The translations under genes were made by a program, and so were the position numbers. From Chara braunii (taxonomy: Eukaryota; Plantae; Charophyceae): a stretch of 64,000 nucleotides of DNA. The stretch is taken from NCBI GenBank assembly GCA_003427395.1, contig BFEA01000013.1, forward strand, positions 6,745,038 through 6,809,037. Reading direction: 5' to 3'. Each line of letters opens with the position of its first letter. Position 1 is the stretch's first letter. Shown here one piece after another: positions 47,162-58,669 of this stretch. The notes beneath the pieces are model-generated. The model was given only the letters and a program-made list of their open reading frames with translations, did no database searches and was not told where the DNA came from.

Positions 47162-47880
47162 CCATCTCACCCTCCGACAAATCACCACCCGTGTCACCTT
47201 CCCCCGCAACCCCTTCCCCACCGACACCTTCCGATTCTTCTACGCCACCCGTCTTGTTGTTACTGTCCACCCCCATCCCTCAATCCGGTGCGCCCTCCCC
47301 GATTTCTATCTTCACGCCCTTCTCCTGAGTGCTGCGTGGCGAGGCCACAATATCGTCGAGGTCTACTGCATGATTACGGGGACTATCCCCACATGCGAGA
47401 ACCACGACCATTTCCACGAGACGCTCTTCCGTACCTTCACCACCCTGTACCCCGACTACCTTGCCTCTGTCCCCCACAGTGGCAATCGCTTCCCCCGCTT
47501 CCATCGAATCGTCCACTATCAGGAGCTTCCAGAAATAGTGGCATGATTGGATAGCTTCTTACCCCCGCTTCCCCTCAACCCTCCCCCTCGCCATGCCCCC
47601 ATGTATCGACTTTCGTTTCCCCTTCCCGGTGGACACTGATGATCAATTAGTTGGTGTGTGTGCCACAGCGATGGCACATCCCCTCCTTGGATTGACGAGA
47701 GCCCTCCTGAAGAAATTGTAGGACAGAGCTTACATGCCACGTTGGATGACTATCACACTCCTTGACAAGGTAAGTGGCAACGAAAAGCTCCGCGCGTCGA
47801 TCGATTAGAGAAATCGGCACGTGTCAAGATTCAAGCAAGCAGGAGCTTGCTCAAGATTGGAACCCCCTGGGCGTCACATA

Positions 47881-49613
47881 TGTGACGAACCAATTTCTGT
47901 CCCGCGCGACTTTCTGCGCAAAGACAATGAGGGGTCCTAAGTTGGGAAGGTTGGGCCAATTACGGGAGATTGGGATGGATGAGAAATTGCATTGGTGTCC
48001 TCGCTTCCTCGTCCTTTTGCGTCGGTTCCTTTTAGATGGCGGGGTTCGGCCCCGGGCAGGTCCCGGGATGATCGATTGGTTGATTGGCTGTGTGAATGGC
48101 GCGCTGTTGTGCGCGGTTAAGGGATGTTGATGTCGCTTCTTTTGTTTCGGTTTTCGAATTTTAGGCACGAAAATCGCGCAGGAATTCTGCTTCGTTCTTT
48201 TTGAATTTTCTTTTTATTTTTATTTTTCAACTCTTGTCGAACCCTGATGGCTCTCGGGATTTCGGACTTTCTTTTCGGAGTTCGTGATTTTTGCTTTTCC
48301 GCATTAGATAGGAATTTAGGAATTTTGCAATTAGTATTTTCTTTTGCCACGCGACGCTTTTTGCTTACGCGCTTCTTTGTGCGGCTGCAACGAAACTTTG
48401 ATTAGTCGGCGCCTTTTATCGTGTATGCAACTGTAATTTTGGGCGGGCGCCATTGTAACTGTATCTTTCTTCTTGGACTTCGTCTTTCCCGGTTTCGTTT
48501 TCTTCTTGCTGGTCTAGCAGCCCGCGAGCTGCATGATCAGATCGATGCGTGGAGAGAGGCTATATCCCCCAGACCGAGGTCTCGCCATGCAGAACGTAGG
48601 CGCTTCATCCCTTGATCTCTTTCTAAGTCCTTGCAATTCCGTGTTCTTCGCGCATGCATGCACGCTATAAATTCCGGCTGCGCGATTAGATAGATCTCTT
48701 TACCAGCTAGTGGAAGCTCGGGGTAGCGTGATCAGTGAGGGTCGGCTCACGACTCACGAGCGAAGTAAGAGGTGAGTGAAGTGGGAGTCGGGCGACCCGA
48801 CGAGCCGGTGCCGAACGCGCGGGGTTGACGCGGGCCACAACGAACTGTGGGCGCGGGCGAACCTGACGAGTGCAGGAGGACTATTAAGTGGGGTGACGAC
48901 ATCGTGGGTTGGTGCGTGACGACGGACTGTCCGCATCGGAGAGAGAGAGAGAGGAAGAGGGGGTTGAGGTTGATGGACGTGGATTTGCAGCTTTCTTTGT
49001 CTTGTCTCCCTCTCTGCTTTTGTGTATAAATTTTAATCTCGGCTCAGGGCGATTTGCCCGATTTTCTTTGTTTTTTCGAAATCTTGATTTGGTTCTGGCC
49101 CACACTCGTTTTTGCAATTTCGATTTCGGTTATTGTGTGTTATGTTGAATGAATGGATGAATGGATGTTATGTCTGCTTGCTTTTCCTTGTGCCTGATCT
49201 TTGCTTTTGCTTGTAGTTTTGATACACTCACGAGCATAGTAGGAAAGTTTGCGTGATCCTCACTATTGTTGTTTGTCCTCTTTTGATCTACCGTTGTTGT
49301 TGCGAATGAGTGGTAGCACCTTGCGTATTCAGGAGTGATTGCATGAGATGATTGGGTAGCTGTTTGTCCAAAAATAAGCAAATACCTCGCGAGGATGCGT
49401 ATAAGTGTGATCTGATCTGCGCACTTACACGTGCCCACGCGCGTCGATTCGTAACCACCCGCGCATGACAAGGCTAACGATCGCAGGGATATTGACTGAT
49501 TGGATGTGTTTGGTAACCATTCTGCGTCTGCAACGAAGTGATCATCCCGTGTGAACACGTGTACGCGCAATCCAGTTCGTGCAGTCTACACGTACTCACA
49601 AGCGGTGTACACA
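47881..49613 (+). repeat. B1 3' LTR
   Basis: TGTGACGAACC...GGTGTACACA; diverged direct copy of 35447-37160. Confidence 0.9.
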
Positions 49614-49798
49614 AGTGAAGTCTGATTTCGTTTACCGTCCGTACCCTTGCAATGTTTCCAAGTGAAGGGAGAAGGGGTTAGTCATATGCCAAGTGAGGGA
49701 ATGGGAGAGAGAGAGAAAGGAAATGCGAGGTGGCAAAAGGGGCCGAAAGAGGGTCTAGAGGAGGGAGGAGGGAAAAGGAGGGAGAGAGAAGGGGGGGG

Positions 49799-49801
<3 letters not shown>

Positions 49802-49879
<78 letters not shown>
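49802..49879. repeat. (GA)n microsatellite
   Basis: Direct observation. Confidence 0.95.
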
Positions 49880-49883
<4 letters not shown>

Positions 49884-50039
49884 TGAGAGACAACAAAGAA
49901 GAACTCCTAATCAAAACAACTTCCCGTACCAACAACCAAAGGTTGATCACCCGTCCCATAGTGAGAGTTTATATAAGTATTTCATGGAATAACATGGCAA
50001 TGAGACGCTTAGACCAATGAAAAACACATACTCATAGGG

Positions 50040-51970
50040 AAAGAGATCAACTAAGCAACGAACTTGATAATGCACAAAGAGAAGAGAGCAACTAAGCAAA
50101 GATCCGGAACATGAACTTGACAATGCACAAGGAGAAGAGATCAACTAAGCCACGAACTAAACAATGCGCAAAGAGAAGAGAGCAACTAAGCAAGGATCCG
50201 GAACATGAACTTGACAATGCACAAGGAGAAGAGATCAACTAAGCAAAGATCTGGAATATGAACTTGACAATGCACAAAGAGAAGAGATCAACTAAGCAAT
50301 GAANNNNNNNNNNNNNNNNNNNNNNNNNNNNNNNNNNNNNNNNNNNNNNNNNNNNNNNNNNNNNNNNNNNNNNNNNNNNNNNNNNNNNNNNNNNNNNNNN
50401 NNNNNNNNNNNNNNNNNNNNNNNNNNNNNNNNNNNNNNNNNNNNNNNNNNNNNNNNNNNNNNNNNNNNNNNNNNNNNNNNNNNNNNNNNNNNNNNNNNNN
50501 NNNNNNNNNNNNNNNNNNNNNNNNNNNNNNNNNNNNNNNNNNNNNNNNNNNNNNNNNNNNNNNNNNNNNNNNNNNNNNNNNNNNNNNNNNNNNNNNNNNN
50601 NNNNNNNNNNNNNNNNNNNNNNNNNNNNNNNNNNNNNNNNNNNNNNNNNNNNNNNNNNNNNNNNNNNNNNNNNNNNNNNNNNNNNNNNNNNNNNNNNNNN
50701 NNNNNNNNNNNNNNNNNNNNNNNNNNNNNNNNNNNNNNNNNNNNNNNNNNNNNNNNNNNNNNNNNNNNNNNNNNNNNNNNNNNNNNNNNNNNNNNNNNNN
50801 NNNNNNNNNNNNNNNNNNNNNNNNNNNNNNNNNNNNNNNNNNNNNNNNNNNNNNNNNNNNNNNNNNNNNNNNNNNNNNNNNNNNNNNNNNNNNNNNNNGA
50901 TATCAACTAAGCAATGGACTTGACAATGCACAAAGAGAAGAGAGCAACTAAGCAAAGATTCAGAACATGAACTTGACAATGCACAAAGAGAAGGGATCAA
51001 CTAAGCAAAGATCCGGAACATGAACTTGACAATGCACAAGGAGAAGAGATCACCTAAGCAAATGGACTTGACAATGCACAAAGAGAAGAGATCAACTAAG
51101 CAAAGATCCGAACATGAACTTGACAATGCACAAGGAGAAGAGATCAACTAAGCAATGGACTTGACAATGCACAAAGAGAAGAGAGCAACTAAGCAATGAA
51201 CTTGACAATGTACAAAGAGAAAAGAGCAACTAAGCAATGAACTTAACAATGCACAAAGAGAAGAAAGCAACTAAGCAAAGATCCGGAACATGAACTTGAC
51301 AATGCACAAAGAGCAGGGATCAACTAAGCAAAGATCCGAAACATGAACTTGACAATACACAAGGAGAAGAGATCAACTTAGTAAAGATCCGGAACATGAA
51401 CTTGAAAATGCACAAGGAGAAGAGATCAACTAAGCAAAGATCCGGAACATGAACTTGACAATGCACAAGAAGAAGAGATCAACTAAGCAATGGATTTGAC
51501 AATGCACAAAGAGAAGAGATCAACTAAGCAAAGATCCGGAACATGAACTTGACAATGCACAAGCAGAAGAGATCAACTAGGCAAAGATCCGGAACGTGAA
51601 CTTGACAATGCACAAGGAGAAGAGATCAACGAAGCAAAGATCCGGAACATGAACTTGACAATGCACAAGGAGAAGAGATCAACTAAGCAATGGACTTGAC
51701 AATGTACAAAGAGAAAAGATCAACTAAGCAAAGATCCGGAACATGAACTTGCCAATGCACAAGGAGAAGAGATCAACTAAGCAATGGACTTGACAATGCA
51801 CAAAGAGAAGAGATCAACTAAGCAATGAACTTGACAATGCACAAAGAGAAGAGATCAACTAAGCAATGAACTTGACAATGCACAAAGAGAAGAGATCAAC
51901 TAAGCAAAGATTCGGAATATAAACTTGACAATGCACAACGAGAAGAGATCAACTAAGCAATGAGTTTGAC
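50040..51970. repeat. Tandem array of 53-bp and 41-bp unit variants (spans gap 50304-50898)
   Basis: 53-bp unit GAGAAGAGATCAACTAAGCAAAGATCCGGAACATGAACTTGACAATGCACAAG; 41-bp unit GAGAAGAGATCAACTAAGCAATGGACTTGACAATGCACAAA. Confidence 0.95.
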
Positions 51971-52049
51971 ATGGTAACAATAGACTAGTGGAAGCATATG
52001 CACATGGAGGGAAGATCATCCGGAACATCACATGCTATTGCGTGAGTGA

Positions 52050-53060
52050 GAACAAGAGTCTAAGTAGGCAAGATCATCAAGGTTGAATCAAAGGTCATCC
52101 ATGGGAGTAACGGTGCACTACTACCTAGTGTATGAGTGAGAATTACAAGTTTGGAGAGCCCATGTCACCATGATCGTATCATGGATCAACCATGGGTGTA
52201 GCGCTATACCACCTACTAGTGTGGGTGCGAAAATCACAAGTTTGAAGCTCCCATATCACTAAGATTGCATCAAGAAGCATCCATGTGTGAAACGCTACAC
52301 TACCTACTAGTGCGGGTGTGAAAAACAAAAGATTGAAGCTCTCAAATCACCAAGATTGCATCAAGAAGCATCCTTGTGTGAAGCACTACACTACCTACTA
52401 GTGTCAGTGTGAAATTGACAAGTTTGAAGCTCTCAAATCACCAAGATTGCATCAAGAAGCATCCTTGTGTAAAGCGCTACACTACCTACTATTGTGAGTG
52501 TGAAAAAGACAAGTTTGAAGCTCTCAAATCACGAAGATTGCATCAAGAAGCATCCATTGAAGAAGCGGAGTACTTCCTACTAGCATGTGAAAGAAAAACA
52601 AAAGTTGCACTAGGCGATCTCACAAGCTTTGAGCAAGAGATCATCCATGGAAGAATCGGATGATCTCCTACTAGTGTGTGAGTGATGAACAAAGGTTAGA
52701 GGAGCCCAAGTCACAAGTGAACAACTTGAGACCAACCATAGAATAATCGGAATACCACCTACTAGCATATGAATGAAAAACAAGAGATTGAGTAGCCCAA
52801 ATCACAAGTAATCAACTTGAGATCATCCATAGATGAATCGGAACACTACCTACTAGCATGTGAATGAAAAACAAGAGATTGAGTAGCCCAAATCACAAGT
52901 AATCAACTTGAGATCATCCATAGATGAATCAGAACACTACCTACTAGCATGTGAATGAAAAACAAGAGATTGAATAGCCCAAATCACAAGTAATCAACTT
53001 GAGATCATGCACAGATGAATCGAAACATTACCTACTAGCATGTGAATGAAAAACAAAAAC
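52050..53060. repeat. ~91-bp tandem repeat array
   Basis: CTACACTACCTAC recurs at 52295, 52386 and 52477; TACTAGCATGTGAATG recurs at 52851 and 52942. Confidence 0.9.
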
Positions 53061-53079
53061 TGCAATATCCCATTAATAG

Positions 53080-53334
53080 GGAGAAGGAGAGGGGAGAAGG
53101 AGAGGGAGAAGGAGAAAGGGAAGAAGAAGAAGATGAAGAAGAGGATGAAGGGGAAGGAGAGGCAGAGGGAGAAGAAGAAGAAGAAGAAGAGGAAGAAGAA
53201 GAGAAGAGGAGGAGGAAGAAGAAGAAGAAGAAGAAGAAGAAGAAGAAGAAGGAGGGGAGGGAGGAGAAGAAGAAGAGGAAGAAGAAGGAGGAGAAGAAGA
53301 AGAAGAAGAAGAAGAAAAAAAGAAAAAAAAAGAA

Positions 53335-53406
<72 letters not shown>
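53080..53406. repeat. (GAA/GGA)n low-complexity tract and poly(A)
   Basis: Direct observation. Confidence 0.9.
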
Positions 53407-53410
<4 letters not shown>

Positions 53411-54741
53411 TCTCTTCCTTCCACTCACCTTGCTAGTGTCTTATAAATGAATTCTCAATCTTGATGAAGTTCTCCTCCTTCTTGCACAACTTCTCCTTAG
53501 CTATGGTTTCCTCCTTCTTCAAGCCCTTCTCTCCTTCTTCCTTACTCTCTCTCAGGCTATGGCAAGTTCCCCCAGCTATGGTTATGGAGTCTTCCCCTCT
53601 ATGAGGGCTAATGGGGCTCCTCTAGCCTCTCCTTCTCTCCTACACCCAGGGGGAATATGGCGGATCACCTCCCAGGTGTCTCTCCTACCATCACTATCCT
53701 CTAGAGTCCTCTCCACTACCTCCTAGTCTCCCCTAAGCTCCTCCACTAGCATGGGCTCCTCTCCTCTCACTCCAAGTGCAAAGGTGCTCCTGTGAGCTCA
53801 CTTGGGCAGCATGGGCACTCATGCAAATGTGAGAGTGGCGGACTGCATCCTCAGCTTATGTAGGCTGAAACCAGCAGTCCGGCCAGCCCATGAGCCTCCC
53901 CATGAGCCTTGAGGTGAACCGAGGTACCCCCAAGGCAAAATTCCCTCACTAGGCCCTCCTGGAGGTACCTCGGCCTCATTTTGGCCAAGTACATGCAGTC
54001 CAAGTGGTTGGTACCAACTCAGACTGCCTCTTGGCCTACCCCGACCTCTTTTTCATTGCTCAAATGCTGCCCCCGAGGGTCCTAATGCCCAAGGGGCAGC
54101 AATACTTGAAAGAAAAAGGCCTTGTGGGTCTTTTTCTCAATTTTTTCAAGTTTCGGCCTCTTTTGAGTAGGCCAGAGCATTTTTCCATATGGCGGCACAT
54201 TTTCAGCCTTGGATCTGGCTGAGATCCGACGCCAACAATAATCCGAGCTACCCCCTAGTAGCCCTTGCTTCAATTTTGAGCCCCTAAGTCCAGTTTTTCA
54301 ATTTTTGGTGCATCTGGGTCTCTTTTTGGGCCAAATGCACAGTTTTTTCCTTTCCTCTCTTTTGTTTCTTTCCATTTTGGGTTGCCATCTCATTCCGGAG
54401 CTAGCCGTTTTGAGCTGGCCCACAAAAGACGGCTAGTTCCTCCCTACCATAAGGGTCATATCTCTACAATCCGGATTGCCCTCCCTCATTCTAGGAGGGA
54501 TGAGGTCACTGTTGGGACATGCCAGTCCCTACTGTGCAGGTCCCAATAGGCCGACACACTCTCCTCCACTCCTTTCTCCCTTTTGTCTCATTCTCCCTCC
54601 TTTTTCTCTCTTTTTTTTTTTCTTTTTATTTTATTTCTGTTGTGACAAGTGTTAAACTGTTGTGCACCCTCTTTCTAGGCCCTAGGGCCTCATTCAAGGT
54701 CAGGTTCATGGCCGTTACATCTCGGATTCTAGTCCCCTGCC

Positions 54742-54897
54742 ACTTGTCCCGTCGGTGGTCCCCTACACTTAGTCCCGTCGGTGGTCCCCGACACTTAGTC
54801 CCGCCGGTGGTCCCTGACTCTTAGTCCCGTCAGCGGTCCCCGACTCTTAGTCCCGTTGTCGGTCCCCGACACTTAGTCCCGTTGTCGGTCCCCAACA
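54742..54897. repeat. 26-bp tandem repeat, ~6 copies
   Basis: CTTAGTCCCGTCGGTGGTCCCCGACA and variants, head to tail with no spacers. Confidence 0.9.
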
Positions 54898-56549
54898 TTT
54901 TTCGCCCTGGACGCCATTATTTTTACTTAGTCCCACGTGGCCCCGGGTGCCTTTTCCCGAGGTGTCTCATGCCCCTTGGGCGTCTTGTCGCCCCATAGCA
55001 ACCCCTCTCCTTAGTCTTTCCTCGCGCCTTGTGCGTGCCGATCTTTTTGGTCGTGGGCCTCCGCTCCGAGGCTCCCATAGATGGTCCTCACGTTGGCCCC
55101 TCATTTTCTGGCTTCCCGCGGCTTCTGGCCGCCCATCTCTCGACTTCCTAATTCCCTTACTGTTGTTGCGCTGCAATTGCTAGTTCAAAGGACGCTTTGG
55201 CCTTAGTTTTATTGTATTCTGATGGCCCTCCCGGCCTTCTGCTATGTTCTATGTGCCCCTGTTCTTGCGCTCGCTTGCTTGCCGCCGCTAATCCTTTCCT
55301 CTTGTGGTTCTCTCCTCAGGGCACCACTCCCTTTTGCGGCCTAGTCCTTTGTCTTTTCTCTCTCCTGCTTCCTCACTCCAGATTTCTCTGTTGTGCACAA
55401 ATTGTCCGTATTCAATCTCTCGAGTGATGGGAAGTTATTCGGGACCCACCAGTCCCGACACATTACCCCCACTCATTCGCGATGTCCTCATCGCGCACCA
55501 ATCTCTTGTTAGTAGGTTTTGGAGGGATAGACGGGAGAGGAGGGTGAGGTGTTATGGGTGGTTAGTTTGCCAGGGTCCGTTTTGTTCTTTTCCCATTCCT
55601 TTCTCAATGTCTTCCTTAGCTTCCGCCCCTTGGGGTGGAGGAGGGTATGGGGGAGTCGAAGGTTCTACAGCTTAGACCAGGTTGCTAATTTCCATCATAG
55701 CTCTGCCTCTTTATCTTTCCCTCAATCGAGACGCGAACTTCTTCTTCAGTCAACTCTGTATACTCAGCAGGGCAGCCCATAATTCTTTCGCCTTCAGTAA
55801 CATGAAGCAGACGAGGCTCTCCTTGCTTCATGCACTTAACTACTGGTATGCTTGCTTTATTCCCAGGGTGACAATTTGTAGTCATAACACAATTGGTTTT
55901 CTCATTTTATGCCTTGGCTTTGTTGGTAACAAACTGTAGGCAAGTTTTTAGATGCGACTCAATGTCAGGCATTTGCTCCGGAAGGAAGATGTTTGTCTAG
56001 TACAACCGCCGCCTTTGCTGTGGTGATACCCACTTCGAATCGGTGAGCCCAGGCACAATTCCCCTTAAGTGTTTCGTAATCTCAAATCTGTCTTCTCATT
56101 TCATCGAGGAAGCATTCTTGAGCAGAAACCATTTTGGTCTTGCCTCATTCATTACTCTTATAAAAAAATAATCTACTTTTCGGCCCGTGCAATCCATGTT
56201 TTCCCTTTACCGTTCCCCGACGCTCAGGCCTTGCCAAATCCACATGCATCTCCCCCGGGTCCTTTCGCCCGACTTTCCTCAGGTCCTGCCAATTTTGCAT
56301 TCATATCACTCTTTGTCCTTTCTTGTTTCTTGCTTATTTTTAACTTTTTCATGCATGCTGCCCAGTTCATCCCTTGTGCATCTCTCTTTTAGACACCTTG
56401 TCAGACCGGTTTCCAAAGACTCATCTGTTTCCCAGCCTGCCAGTCCTTCTCTAAGATCCATACATAGTCCATCATATGAGTCTTTTCTTTTCCAGACGTC
56501 TTACTCGGCCCATTTTCAAGCTTATGTCAAATCAATCACACAAGTCGCT

Positions 56550-56975
56550 TGCCAGGCCTTTTCTCAAGCTCATGCAACGTCAATTTCTCACCCGTTTCTC
56601 TTCTGCACATCTTGTCAGGCCTTTTCTTAAACCCGCGCAAAGTTAATTACTCATCCATTTTTCTCTTCTGGACATCTTGCCAGACCTCTTCTCAAGCTCA
56701 TGAAACGTTAATTACTCATTCATTCTTTTCTTTTGGACATCTTGCCAGACTTTTTCTCAAGCCTGCACAAAGTCGATTACTCATCCATTTTTTTTTTCTG
56801 GACATCTTGCGAGGCCTTTTCTCAAGCCTGCGCAAAGTCAATTACTCATTCATTCTTTTCTTCTAGACATCTTGTCAGGCCTTTTCTCAAGCCTGCGCAA
56901 AGTCAATTACTCATTCATTTTTTTTTTCTGGACATCTTGCCAGACCTTTTCTCAAGCCTGCGCAAAGTCAATTAC
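56550..56975. repeat. 65-bp tandem repeat, ~6-7 copies
   Basis: CTCAAGCCTG recurs at 56756, 56821, 56886 and 56951. Confidence 0.9.
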
Positions 56976-57235
56976 AAAGTTCAAACTTCGAACTCATAGC
57001 TCAGTTTTTCAAGTGTGGCCCTGCTGATGAAAACGGAATATGGGAGGAATTAAAAAGGAGGGAAAAAGAGGAGAGAATGATGAGAAAGGAAGGAGGAGCA
57101 GGAGGAGGAAGACGAAGAGGAAATACTTATGATGATGATAATGTTGTTGATGATATTGATGAGATGACACTTCTGCTGCTCTTGACGATGATAAAGTTGT
57201 TGCTGCTCTTGATGCTGATGACCTTTTCAAGCAGG

Positions 57236-58585
57236 TGTAATGAACCCAGTCTCGTTGAGAAGCCAGTCAGTATTGCAATAGGAATCTGAACCCAGCACGC
57301 CTCATGAAGTCTCCAACATCAATTACAAGTCCATGTCACGATCATATGCACATCTCAAGAGTCTCGTCTCATCAAAGAAGAGCCTAAGAGGTAAGAGGGA
57401 GGAGAGAAGAGACAGAGAAGAGGAGGGAGAGTCACAATGATAATCAATAGTACATGTATGTTTCCCTCTCTCTCCCTCTCCCACTTCGGGCTTCTCCCCT
57501 ATCGACACCTCAGCAATGAATGTTTCTCTGACGTCCTCTCACATAATCACTTGTGCAGACCATTACAATACGCTCATCCTCCATTGCAATCAGACTCGCT
57601 TTCTTTCACAACTCACATACATGTAAACAGGTAGCGCAACAATCTGGCGACAAGCGCCCACTCAGAACTCAGAGATATGGTAACCAAGAACGCAGTTCAG
57701 ATACAAGCTCACTTCGAAGGGCTATGGCGCAACAGCGCCTGTACAACTCTCTGTTCGTCGCCAACCCAACTCTGTTGTTCACACACACAGGATCACCCTG
57801 GATATCCCACATGTGTCATACTGTACACACACCCACACACACACGCTACACTCCTCTACCAGCTATGGCGGCTATGGCCGCCACTACCCCTATCGCTATG
57901 GCTAAACTCTCCTTCTCGCCCACTTCGTCTTCGGGCTCACTGCAGACCACCTCGCACAAGTCGTTGTGGCAGCACTTCCGCATGGCTTACGCAGGAATGA
58001 ATGAATGGCTGGGCACTGCCTCTTGATTTATACTTCTGTATCTTGTTGGTCTGCCCCTTTTCCATGCCCCTGGTGCACACAGTCCCGCACGGTACTTGCT
58101 TGACTGGACTGTGACTGACTGGGACCGGTACCGCGGACTGCATTGGTTTGCACTGCCAACTCAATGCAGTCGCACTGCTGATGTACCGCAGTTGGGCTCA
58201 CCACTTGCCCACTTGCCTCTGTCTAAACGTGAGCCATACTTCGGAAAGCCACCACTAGGACCTTCCGGAAGGCTGCAGACTTGGCCTTTCGAACACTGTA
58301 GCAGCTACGACCTTGACCTTTCAGGACTGTAGCAGCTACAACCTTGACTTCTCAGGACACCTACAGCTACGACCTCTAGGCCTCACTATGACCTCTATCC
58401 AATAGGTCTACAGATCGAACCCCTACCACCTACGGACCTACGACAGGCTACCAACTGTTACAAATACACAGGTCACGGGTTCAACTCTCGGGGTCGACAC
58501 AGGTAATGTACACAGGTAAGGTAAAGTCTAAGGATCGAGCCCTGGGATCTGCATTTGCTACCGCTAGCAGGTGAATACTGTTTCA
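57236..58585 (-). repeat. Putative 3' LTR of the chromovirus remnant
   Basis: On minus begins TGAAAC after the PPT-like AGGCCGGCGGGAG and ends ...CATTACA; single copy, so boundaries are unverified. Confidence 0.4.
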
Positions 58586-58669
58586 CTCCCGCCGGCCTAA
58601 ATTCGAGGTCCTCCGATAATAACTCAGTCCAAGGCAGGACCTTTACCTTTCCTATCTCTCTCGTAGGCC

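Larger units (their letters stand above)
35447..49613 (+). mobile_element. Element B1: two-LTR Ty3/gypsy retrotransposon, degenerate
   Basis: Direct ~1.7 kb repeats with TG...CA ends flank gag, PR-RT-RH-PHD-IN and an extra ORF; TSD not clean. Confidence 0.92.

Noticed and set aside
50040-56975. CRISPR-like arrays
   Set aside because: Units are head-to-tail tandem repeats with no unique spacers, there are no cas genes, and the context is eukaryotic
58470-58497. tRNA T-arm-like GGTCACGGGTTCAACTCTC
   Set aside because: No A-box, D-arm or acceptor stem could be built; not a tRNA gene
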